Positions 9,877 through 18,306 of a stretch of 64,000 bases of DNA are shown piece after piece. Below the pieces are notes generated by a model that was given only the letters and a program-made list of their open reading frames with translations, made no database searches and was not told where the DNA came from. The translations under genes and the position numbers were made by a program. Within the stretch, counting starts at the first letter, position 1. Every line of letters starts with the position of its first letter. The stretch is from Desulfobacteraceae bacterium (GTDB lineage Bacteria > Desulfobacterota > Desulfobacteria > Desulfobacterales > Desulfosarcinaceae), in contig QZKV01000001.1 in assembly GCA_003599575.1 (NCBI GenBank), positions 2,171 to 66,170 of the forward strand. Direction: 5' to 3'.

Positions 9877-11595
9877 ATGAAGCGAACAACCTATTTGAGC
9901 ACAATGGCTTTCATCATATTTTTCGCTGCAGGGTTATTTGGAAACAACTGTACGGATGCCGCAGCCGAAGCCTTTACCGAAAGGCTCTTGCGGAATTTCG
10001 AAACCCTTTCCGGCAAGATCACAGAGGTATCGAAAGGCATGGCGGTCATTGACCTGGGATCCGAACAGGGCGTATCTCAGGGCGATCTTTTTACAATCGT
10101 CAAGGATGCACGCTCCTCATTGCCCCAGTCGGGCAGCTTCAAGGGATTGCTTCGCGTCATCCAGGTAAAGCAGGGATATTCCCTGGCAATTCCATTCGAC
10201 CCGGCAACCGCAATGCATAATGGGGATGCGGTGCGCCGCTACGAAGACAATCGGGCCATCTTCTGGGATTACGCTGGAAATGGCGAGGACCTTTATTTCC
10301 GGATTCGGAACCATCTTCAATCCATGGTTTGGGATCCTTATGCCTCGGCCCAAAAGGAGAAACCGGCAAAGCCCGAGCTCACTTCGGGTCCGCCAAGGCT
10401 TTTTTTCATTCTTTTCAAAGAAAAACTGGAAGTCCGCGACCCGGAATTCGAACTCATTCATTCTTACTCCATGGGTGAGTTGCCGGAAAAGACTACAGGT
10501 ACGGCCGGCCCTGCAGGGTTCGATCGCACCGAATCTAACCAATCCAAAGTCCCCCCCATGCCCCCCATGCTTGCGCCGCCGGTTTTTCCAATGCAGAACC
10601 AGCCCGCCTCCGATGAATTCCAGACGATCGGCAACTGGTCGGAAGGCATAACGATTGCGGATTTCATCCTGACCGGCCAAACCCGGCTGATGGCGGTCAC
10701 CAATGGAAAAACGATTCAGATATTCGAGATTGCGGAGAAAGCTACCCCGGGTAAAATCGCGGAAACCGCCTCACGCGGCAAGGTCGTTTATCTGAAATGG
10801 TGGCGGCCGAAAAACAGCGCCACGGTGTGTCTCGCCGTTACAACCTGGATACACGAAGAAGCCTGGGCCACAATATATGTGTTGAGCGGCGAAAAGCTTC
10901 TTCCCATGAAGGAGGAACTCCCATTCATCCTGAGCACGTTTGATCTGGACGGAAACGGTACGCCTGAAACCTTGATGGGACAGTCCTTTGAACGCCGGGA
11001 TTTTTGGGGCGATCAGGTCAAGCGTTGGGATTTCGTCGACGCAGCATTGCGCGAGGCAAGCGTGCAGATAGAGCTTCCCGAAGATTTTACGGTGACCGGA
11101 AGCGTCTTTGCAGATCTCACGGGAGATGGAAAGCTCGAAACAGTTGTCGTGCATGACAAGCAGCTTTTTATTTATCAGGGGTCCGAGCTGCTCTTCAGGC
11201 TCTCCCAAGAGATCGGGGGCAGCTTGTCTTCGGTAACCTATGAGATCTATCCAACCGCTCGGGAGACCACCGCAAGGACGGTCAGCTTTGAGCTTTCTCC
11301 GACGGTGGCCGATCTCGACGCAGACGGGAGGCTTGAGTTGGTGGTGATTGCTTCGGAACGCCCCTTTTTAAACATCGGCAGTACCGCCACAATCAAGAAA
11401 AGCCGTTTGCTGGCCATTGGTTACCGGGATGGTCAATTTGTTAAGAAATCTTGGGGAAAAGAGATGGATGCCGCAATCCAAAGTCTTGCGATAGCATCGA
11501 ATGCCATGCTGGTACTGACCTCGGAGCCGACTTCCTGGCTGCGCGGCAAAACCCAGAGCCACTTGTTGGTATATCCCTTGAAAACCCGTTCCTGA
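9877..11595 (+). CDS. Secreted FG-GAP/VCBS-repeat (beta-propeller) protein with FlgT-C-like N-terminal domain
   Basis: Signal peptide; GKITEV..AVIDLGSEQGVSQGDLF; repeats DLDGNGTPE, DLTGDGKLE, DLDADGRLE; Pro-rich linker. Confidence 0.75.
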   Translation: MKRTTYLSTMAFIIFFAAGLFGNNCTDAAAEAFTERLLRNFETLSGKITEVSKGMAVIDLGSEQGVSQGDLFTIVKDARSSLPQSGSFKGLLRVIQVKQGYSLAIPFDPATAMHNGDAVRRYEDNRAIFWDYAGNGEDLYFRIRNHLQSMVWDPYASAQKEKPAKPELTSGPPRLFFILFKEKLEVRDPEFELIHSYSMGELPEKTTGTAGPAGFDRTESNQSKVPPMPPMLAPPVFPMQNQPASDEFQTIGNWSEGITIADFILTGQTRLMAVTNGKTIQIFEIAEKATPGKIAETASRGKVVYLKWWRPKNSATVCLAVTTWIHEEAWATIYVLSGEKLLPMKEELPFILSTFDLDGNGTPETLMGQSFERRDFWGDQVKRWDFVDAALREASVQIELPEDFTVTGSVFADLTGDGKLETVVVHDKQLFIYQGSELLFRLSQEIGGSLSSVTYEIYPTARETTARTVSFELSPTVADLDADGRLELVVIASERPFLNIGSTATIKKSRLLAIGYRDGQFVKKSWGKEMDAAIQSLAIASNAMLVLTSEPTSWLRGKTQSHLLVYPLKTRS

Positions 11596-12011
11596 TGATG
11601 GTTTTCCAGCCAGGCCGGCAGTTAACGCTTTTCCGGTATCCAGGACAAGCACGATCGTCCGGCCCCCGGCCTTGAGCCAGTCCTTGGGCCGGGGCGACGT
11701 TTATATCGATTTTACGCAGCCATCGATCATTGGCCCTGGCCGCTTTAATGTGGCATGGCACTAGAAATCTGATCTCGCCGGCAGGGCCCTCGGGCTGGTC
11801 ATGTCTACAGTTTATCACAACAGGCTTTTGACAGGCCTTGGGCCGGCATCTCCCGCCCCTCATGGACGGTGATTGGGTCGTCTGTGGGATTCAGCGCACC
11901 TCATGTCTATCTCCGATATCCCAGCCCCTACTATCTATAAAGGCCCACACTGTGAAGTTTTATCGGGTGCGCCTTGCAGGGTATAAAACTCACCGGCATT
12001 TGCAGGTACGC

Positions 12012-12039
12012 TTGACAGATACATGTGACGCATTAAGGT
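12012..12039 (+). promoter_or_regulatory. Sigma70-type promoter for the riboswitch-PKS operon
   Basis: TTGACA (12012-12017), 16-nt spacer, TAAGGT (12034-12039), about 20 nt upstream of the aptamer. Confidence 0.6.
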
Positions 12040-12058
12040 ATTCTTCAAATTTGAAAGA

Positions 12059-12155
12059 ATCATGGAGAGCGGCGTGAGGGAACTGGCCCTTTGATCGCCC
12101 GGCAACCTTTTTTCCGCAAGGTGCTAAATCCAGCCCTAAAAGGGAAACATGTGGT
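12059..12155 (+). ncRNA. SAM-I (S-box) riboswitch
   Basis: ATCATG-GAGA-GCGGCG-TGAGGG-AACTGG-CCC-TTTGAT-CGCC-C-GGCAACC...AAGGTGCT-AAAT-CCAG-CCCTAAAAGGG-AAA-CATG. This gives P1, kink-turn P2, the CTGG/CCAG pseudoknot, P3 with GCAACC/GGTGC ligand residues, and P4. Confidence 0.88.
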
Positions 12156-12309
12156 CTTGACGACAAGGGAAATCCCACCGCTTAACCGCAGCGACTTTCA
12201 CTCGATCATGACCCAATGCAAATCAACTTGGATGCCGCACCAGGCGGGCAGCCGGTCATCGGCATGGAGCCGGAGGTCATTTCCAGGTTGAACTAACGAG
12301 GTATACGAG

Positions 12310-15105
12310 ATGAAAAAAACGGTTTTTCTATTCTCTGGCGAAGGCACCCAAAGCAGTGAAACTCAAAACAGGCTTTTAAAGCAGGCGCCATCCTGGGCTT
12401 GCATTGAAGAAATATTGCGTTCAAAACTGGACCTCGATCTGGAGCAGCTCTGGAAAAAGGAAATCGGCAGACATCGTTGCCCGTTCAGCCCATTGTTGAC
12501 AGTGGTTTCGCAAATATGCCTGGCCGATCTCTGGCGTCAATGGGGATATCGGCCGGATGTGGTGGCCGGCCACAGCACCGGAGAACTCGCCGCCGCTTAC
12601 CAGGCCGGATTCTATGCCTTGGAAGAGGTTCTCGTTCTGGCCTATCGCATCGGAGAGGTTGCATCCCGGCTGGATGGGGTGATGCTGCACGGGTGGCTGC
12701 CCGATGCGCTGGTCGCAAACTTGCCCCTGAAAATTTCCTCCTACAACTTCGAAGATGAGGGGCGCAGGCATGTCACGGTGAGCGGGTATGCCGAGGAGAT
12801 GGATGACTTTTTGAAGGCTTATCCCCAATTCGTGAAAATGAAACTGCCCCATCCATGGCATCACCTCGACTACCGGCGCTTTTCGGATCAACTGCCGCGG
12901 GTTGCAGCGGAGCGCGTCGAAGAGGGCCGGTTCATATCGAGCATCACCTCTCAATTCGAAACGCGCCTGAGCGACGAGTACTGGCGCGATTGGATGGTCA
13001 AACCCGTCGATTTCATCCAAACCATGCGGACGCTTCGGGAGCGCTGCGGCGGTGACAGTCTGGAGATCATCGAAATCGGTTTTCATCCGGTGTTGGAAAA
13101 GTGCTGCGACATTTTCAAAGATTACACCTATGCGTCATCCATGTTCCGCGGAGAGGACGATATCCAATGGATTTTGTTTCAGAGAAAAAAGCTCAATCAG
13201 GATTCTTTTCTGAAAAAAGTAAAAACAGTTGTGGATGCGTACCAGCCTGGATTGGAGTTCGCATTGCCGTTGGCCTACCAGGGGTTTTCTTCGCTCAAGT
13301 TCACCGAGTTCTCCATCGTGCTGCAACCGCTGTTTCCTTCGCTCGCCGCGCAAGATTTCTACCGTTACAAAACAATTAAGCAGCTGATCGAACGGTTCGG
13401 TGTAGGGACATCGCTCGAAACGCCGGCCGGCCGGAGTGATCGGAAGAACAAAGTTGTGATCTGCGGGATGAGCTGTCGATTCCCCTCTTCAGTGGAAACT
13501 TTGATCCAGTTCTGGCAAATGCTGACCAGCCGAACCGACCAGGTGCGGCGCGAGGCCGGCAGAGGGGCATCGGAAGGCGGATTTTTGAACGACGCGGCCA
13601 GCCGCTTCGATCATCATTACTTCGATATTTCGCAAGCGGAAGCGCGCACGATGGATCCGCAGCAGATCCTGGCCCTGGAATTGACCGAGATGCTCTGGAA
13701 GGATGCCGGCATCGATCCGCAGGCATTGGACAAGAAAAGGGTCGGTGTCTATATCGGGGCGTGGAACCAGGAGTACGGCGGGGACAGGAGTTCGGCCTAT
13801 TACGCGACAGGGACCAATCCGAGCATCATCGCCGCCAGGATCAGCTATCACTACGACCTAAGAGGGCCGAGCTGGGTGTCCAATACGGCCTGTTCCTCTT
13901 CCCTGGTGGCGGTACACTATGCAGCCAAAGACATAGAGGCCGGGCGGGTGGATTGGGCCATTGCGGGCGGCGTCAACATGCTTCTGGATGAAGCGTATAC
14001 GGCCCATATGCGCAACTCCGGGTTCCTCTCCCGTGACAACCGGTGCAAGGCCTTTGACGACTCGGCCAATGGGTACGTGCGTGCCGAGGGAGGCGGGCTG
14101 GTCCTTCTGGTCAACAAAGCACTGGCCGATAGGTTTTATGCCGAGTTGACCGGTTCCGCCATCAACCAGAACGGCGGCCGGTCGCAGGTCATGACCGCCC
14201 CCCATCCAGAGGCGCAGGAGGAGCTGATAACGGCTGCCTGTCAGGATGCGGGAATTGCGCCGCAGGAAATCTCCTACATCGAATGTCACGGAACCGGCAC
14301 GAAAATCGGCGACCCCATCGAACTGTCGGCGATTCAGAATACGATTGCGCGAAACCGGACGCAGACCTGCTATATCGGCTCGGTAAAATCCAATATCGGC
14401 CACTTGGAATCCGCTGCCGGCATTGCCGGGCTGATCAAGTCCGTGGCGGCCCTGAATTACGGCATCATTCCGCCCAATCTGCACTTCAATCAGCCCAATC
14501 GGCACATCGATTTCCAGGCCTACCCCATCCAGGTGGTGACCGAACAAACCCCCATCGATCAGCAGGCCTGCATCGGCATCAGCAGTTTCGGTTTCGGCGG
14601 ATCGAACGCGCATATCATCATCAAAGGGGCGGAACCATCCCTGCGAAAGCAAATTCAGCCCCTGGAGATTCCTTTCACCCGGCAAAGAGCGGCCGCTTTG
14701 GGGGACTACCTCAGAATTCTGGAACCGAATGCCGACGCGGCGGTGGTCGAGCCTGCTTCGAAGGCAGCCGATCGAAACGTGCGGAGCTTGATCGGCGGGA
14801 TGATATTCAACGTCACAGGCATCGAAACCATCGATCCGGATTTGGCCTTGTTCGAGCAAGGACTGGATTCGATGAGTGCCACTGAAATGATCCGTTCACT
14901 GGAAGAAGTGTACAACATCGAAATCGAACCGGATGTCCTATTCGATTACCCCCTGTTCGATCAATTTGCTGAGGAGATAGAGAAACGAGTGGCAGCGCGG
15001 ACCGGCAAAGAGGAGGAGCAGGCGGACAATAGCGAAGCGAAAATCGATGCGCCCAACGAGCGCCCCTATGAAATGCATGCCGTGGCGGGCAGAAGGACTG
15101 ATTGA
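12310..15105 (+). CDS. Stand-alone type I PKS-like protein, domain order AT-ACP-KS-ACP
   Basis: AT: VFLFSGEGTQ, GHSTGE, EIGFHPVL. ACP1: QGFSSL...DFYRYKTIKQL. KS: MDPQQ, TACSSS, ECHGTGT, KSNIGHLE, SSFGFGGSNAH. ACP2: EQGLDSM...LFDYP. Confidence 0.9.
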   Translation: MKKTVFLFSGEGTQSSETQNRLLKQAPSWACIEEILRSKLDLDLEQLWKKEIGRHRCPFSPLLTVVSQICLADLWRQWGYRPDVVAGHSTGELAAAYQAGFYALEEVLVLAYRIGEVASRLDGVMLHGWLPDALVANLPLKISSYNFEDEGRRHVTVSGYAEEMDDFLKAYPQFVKMKLPHPWHHLDYRRFSDQLPRVAAERVEEGRFISSITSQFETRLSDEYWRDWMVKPVDFIQTMRTLRERCGGDSLEIIEIGFHPVLEKCCDIFKDYTYASSMFRGEDDIQWILFQRKKLNQDSFLKKVKTVVDAYQPGLEFALPLAYQGFSSLKFTEFSIVLQPLFPSLAAQDFYRYKTIKQLIERFGVGTSLETPAGRSDRKNKVVICGMSCRFPSSVETLIQFWQMLTSRTDQVRREAGRGASEGGFLNDAASRFDHHYFDISQAEARTMDPQQILALELTEMLWKDAGIDPQALDKKRVGVYIGAWNQEYGGDRSSAYYATGTNPSIIAARISYHYDLRGPSWVSNTACSSSLVAVHYAAKDIEAGRVDWAIAGGVNMLLDEAYTAHMRNSGFLSRDNRCKAFDDSANGYVRAEGGGLVLLVNKALADRFYAELTGSAINQNGGRSQVMTAPHPEAQEELITAACQDAGIAPQEISYIECHGTGTKIGDPIELSAIQNTIARNRTQTCYIGSVKSNIGHLESAAGIAGLIKSVAALNYGIIPPNLHFNQPNRHIDFQAYPIQVVTEQTPIDQQACIGISSFGFGGSNAHIIIKGAEPSLRKQIQPLEIPFTRQRAAALGDYLRILEPNADAAVVEPASKAADRNVRSLIGGMIFNVTGIETIDPDLALFEQGLDSMSATEMIRSLEEVYNIEIEPDVLFDYPLFDQFAEEIEKRVAARTGKEEEQADNSEAKIDAPNERPYEMHAVAGRRTD

Positions 15106-15134
15106 GTCAATGCACACAGGAGGGCTTGCATACC

Positions 15135-16280
15135 ATGACTGCGTTTAAAACGACCCATGTGGGATCTTTGCCGCGCCCGCAGGAGATGATGGACAAGTTA
15201 ATGCGCAAACAGGAAATCACCCAGGCGGATCTGAAAAGGTACCTGGCCGGCATCGTGGAAAAACAATTATCCCTGGGTATCAGCTACATCAATAACGGCG
15301 AACTGCCGCGGGCGGATTATGTCAGTGCGACCGTCATTCGCATGGCGGGCTTTGGCGGCGCCGGCATAGCACCGCTGCCGCGGGATCTGGAGGAATTGCC
15401 TGAATATTCCAGACGTTTCGGCGGCCGGAACGGACTGATTACGCTGAACCCCAAAGCGCCGGTTAAATTGCCGGCCTGCTCGGAACCGCTTGAATACAGG
15501 GGCGAGGCCTCGTTGCGGGAAGAGCTGGATTTGCTGGCCGTTGCTTTGAATGAGGTGATACAATCTCATCCGGGGACGGAGGCCGAGATCTTCTTTACAT
15601 CGCCGTCTCCGGGAACGGTGGCGCTGTTCATGGAAAATCAGTATTACACGAGCTACGAGGAGTATCTTGATGCCATCGGAACGGCATTGAAGAAGGAATA
15701 CGACATCATCTCCGCTTATGGATTTCACTTGCAGGTCGACTGCCCCGACCTTGCCATGGGCCGGCACACGCGCTTCAAAGGGCTGACCGATGAACAGTTT
15801 GTGGCGATCACCGATGCCAACGTCCGCGTCCTGAACAAAGCGCTCGCAGCGGTCGATCCGAACAAATGCAGGGCCCACATATGCTGGGGAAATTATCCGG
15901 GCACCCACCATTGCGACATCGATTTCAAAAAGATTTACTCCCGAGTCATGAGCATCAAGGCCAGATTCATCTCACTGGAGGCAAGCAATCATCGACATGC
16001 ACACGAATGGCAGGTGTTCGAAGAATTGCCTTTCCCCGAAGACAAAGTTCTTATGCCCGGTGTCATCGACACCACATCACCCATAGTGGAACATCCCGAT
16101 CTAGTGGCCCAGCGAATTTCAAAATTTGCAAAGCTTCTGGGACGGGAGCGGGTGATCGGATCGACCGATTGCGGATTCGCCACCACCGCCTCGGCGACGA
16201 GCGTTTCCGGTGAGGTTGTATGGTTGAAACTCGCGTCCCTTGTCGAGGGCGCACGGCGTGCCGGTGTGCAATTTGAATAA
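15135..16280 (+). CDS. Cobalamin-independent methionine synthase II family (core MetE, single-barrel) Zn thiol-alkyltransferase
   Basis: TTHVGSLPRP N-terminus; Zn ligands HICWGN, ISLE and TDCGF; about 380 aa, i.e. only the catalytic half of MetE; AGGAGG RBS at about 15118. Confidence 0.9.
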   Translation: MTAFKTTHVGSLPRPQEMMDKLMRKQEITQADLKRYLAGIVEKQLSLGISYINNGELPRADYVSATVIRMAGFGGAGIAPLPRDLEELPEYSRRFGGRNGLITLNPKAPVKLPACSEPLEYRGEASLREELDLLAVALNEVIQSHPGTEAEIFFTSPSPGTVALFMENQYYTSYEEYLDAIGTALKKEYDIISAYGFHLQVDCPDLAMGRHTRFKGLTDEQFVAITDANVRVLNKALAAVDPNKCRAHICWGNYPGTHHCDIDFKKIYSRVMSIKARFISLEASNHRHAHEWQVFEELPFPEDKVLMPGVIDTTSPIVEHPDLVAQRISKFAKLLGRERVIGSTDCGFATTASATSVSGEVVWLKLASLVEGARRAGVQFE

Positions 16281-16291
16281 AAGGAAAAGGA

Positions 16292-18139
16292 ATGCATCGC
16301 ATCAACCACTTTACATTGGGTGTTCGGGTAGCGAACTTTTCCGGCATTGCGCTGCCCTTTGATCATCTGCTGGAATTTGATACCGCGGACACTGCTTCCA
16401 TAATCAAGAAGATAAGGAAATACGCGGATCTTCCCTATGTTTTTGTCGTCTCAAATGAAAAGGCCGCGCAAATCCCCGATGTATTGTCAGCCCTTGAAGC
16501 CATTCGTTCTCCCTGTCTCCCATATGCACTGTTTGCCGTCGGCGACGTGGATCTGAGAGACGCTGCCGGGGATTTGGAAGTTGTTCGCATCGACAAGCCG
16601 GATGCTGTCGCCATCCGGAACCGCATCGATGAATATGCGGCTGCGCGGCTTCACTTCAATGAAGGCAGGCTGCGCGTGGAAAGTACAGGTTCGTTGCCCG
16701 AAACGGTCGATGTGGTCATCGTAGGCGGCGGGATCATCGGCCTTTACGCCGCCAATCGCCTGAAGCAGAGCGGCATCTCGTTTTGTGTGGTCGAAAAAAA
16801 CGCAAAGGTCGGCGGCATCTGGTCCAACTTTGCGAATGCCACATCGCGCGTCAACTCATCAGAATGCGCTTACCGGCTCCTCGATACAAAAACGCGATCC
16901 AATCGCGATCATTCCGCAACAAGGGAAATTCTGGAAGATATCGCCGTTCTGGCCGACCGTGTAGCGGACCATCTTTATCTGCAGACCGAAGTAGAACGGA
17001 TTGAAAAAAAAGAAACCCGGTACCATGTTCAATATCGTCGCAACGAAAGAACGTCCGCAGTGCAGAGCAAAGGCGTGATTCTGGCCATTAACGACCGCGT
17101 CGGGGCACCGCGCAAGACCACATGGGCGAATCAGGAGGCATTCCAGGGAGACATCGTGGCCGGCATCGCCGATCAGGCCGCCGGGATTGAATGGCGCAAC
17201 AAAAAGGTCGTGGTCGTAGGGATGGGCGCCTTTGCAGTTGAAAACGTCAGGACCGCCTTGGAAGGAGGCGCACGCCACGTGACCGTGCTATGCCGGCGGC
17301 ACGGTACGGTATGCCCCAAAATCATCGACTACTTGAACTTTGTCACCCCTTATGACGAAGCCTTCAAACACGATAAAAAATCCAATTTCAGGAACATGAT
17401 GTACTGGAAAAAAACGTACGAAATGAGCGGCGCCACCGAACCCGAGTGTTGGATGGGCAAGGTCAAGCACGATGGGCATACCATCAGCGTCTCCGATCTC
17501 TGGTTCGTGGGGCACTATTTGAAGAAGATCGAAACGATTACCGGACAAGTATCCGGTTTGTTCGAGCACGGCGTCATCGTTGACGGCCGCCGGCGCATCG
17601 ATGCGGATATAGTGGCCAACTGTATCGGCTTTGAGAGAAATGCATCGGTCGCAAAAGCACTGTGCGGCTATGCCGACATGTACAACAACAACTACGTGGA
17701 CAAAGATTTCATGTATCTGGCCGATGCCCACATCGACGATGACGCCTTCAATTCATTTTTCGGATCCAGTGTTCTGGAGATGGCCAAATTCTATATGGAA
17801 GTCTACATCAGGCACTTTGACTCGCCCCGTTTCTCGGAAATGCTGGCCACCGAGGGAATAGAGAAAATTCCCATCGCGGACCGTAAATGGTCCCATTACA
17901 TTGCCGGCGCAACCGCCCTGATCCGCAATCACCCTGAAATCCGCGCGATTGCGCTCAAGCAGGTGGCGCAACGGACCAGCAATTTCCTTGAAAAGCATGA
18001 TATCGAAACCTATATCGAGGAGAACAAAAGAGAATGGATGGATATGCACGCGCTTTTGGCGGGCCAACCGGTGAAAGAAGAATATTGTCTGCCGTATGTC
18101 TTTGAAAAATTGTTGCCCAAAAGAGGCCAACGCTCATAG
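16292..18139 (+). CDS. FAD/NAD(P)-dependent oxidoreductase, FMO/BVMO-like fold, with an N-terminal extension of about 135 aa
   Basis: DVVIVGGGIIG, EK..KVGGIW, FQGDIV...KKVVVVGMGAFA, VTVLCRR, DADIVANCIGF. Confidence 0.8.
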   Translation: MHRINHFTLGVRVANFSGIALPFDHLLEFDTADTASIIKKIRKYADLPYVFVVSNEKAAQIPDVLSALEAIRSPCLPYALFAVGDVDLRDAAGDLEVVRIDKPDAVAIRNRIDEYAAARLHFNEGRLRVESTGSLPETVDVVIVGGGIIGLYAANRLKQSGISFCVVEKNAKVGGIWSNFANATSRVNSSECAYRLLDTKTRSNRDHSATREILEDIAVLADRVADHLYLQTEVERIEKKETRYHVQYRRNERTSAVQSKGVILAINDRVGAPRKTTWANQEAFQGDIVAGIADQAAGIEWRNKKVVVVGMGAFAVENVRTALEGGARHVTVLCRRHGTVCPKIIDYLNFVTPYDEAFKHDKKSNFRNMMYWKKTYEMSGATEPECWMGKVKHDGHTISVSDLWFVGHYLKKIETITGQVSGLFEHGVIVDGRRRIDADIVANCIGFERNASVAKALCGYADMYNNNYVDKDFMYLADAHIDDDAFNSFFGSSVLEMAKFYMEVYIRHFDSPRFSEMLATEGIEKIPIADRKWSHYIAGATALIRNHPEIRAIALKQVAQRTSNFLEKHDIETYIEENKREWMDMHALLAGQPVKEEYCLPYVFEKLLPKRGQRS

Positions 18140-18306
18140 CCGATGGGGCTCAGCGCGGAAACGGATCGCGATCGTCCGCATTGTTCCGCCCCACGGAAAT
18201 CCAAAATTGCCGTTAATCGAGCAGGACGACCAAGAACTACGGGAGCGCTCTTTTCTATGTTTTTTCTGCCCGGAGACGATGCACACCCATGGCCTTGCGG
18301 GGAATT

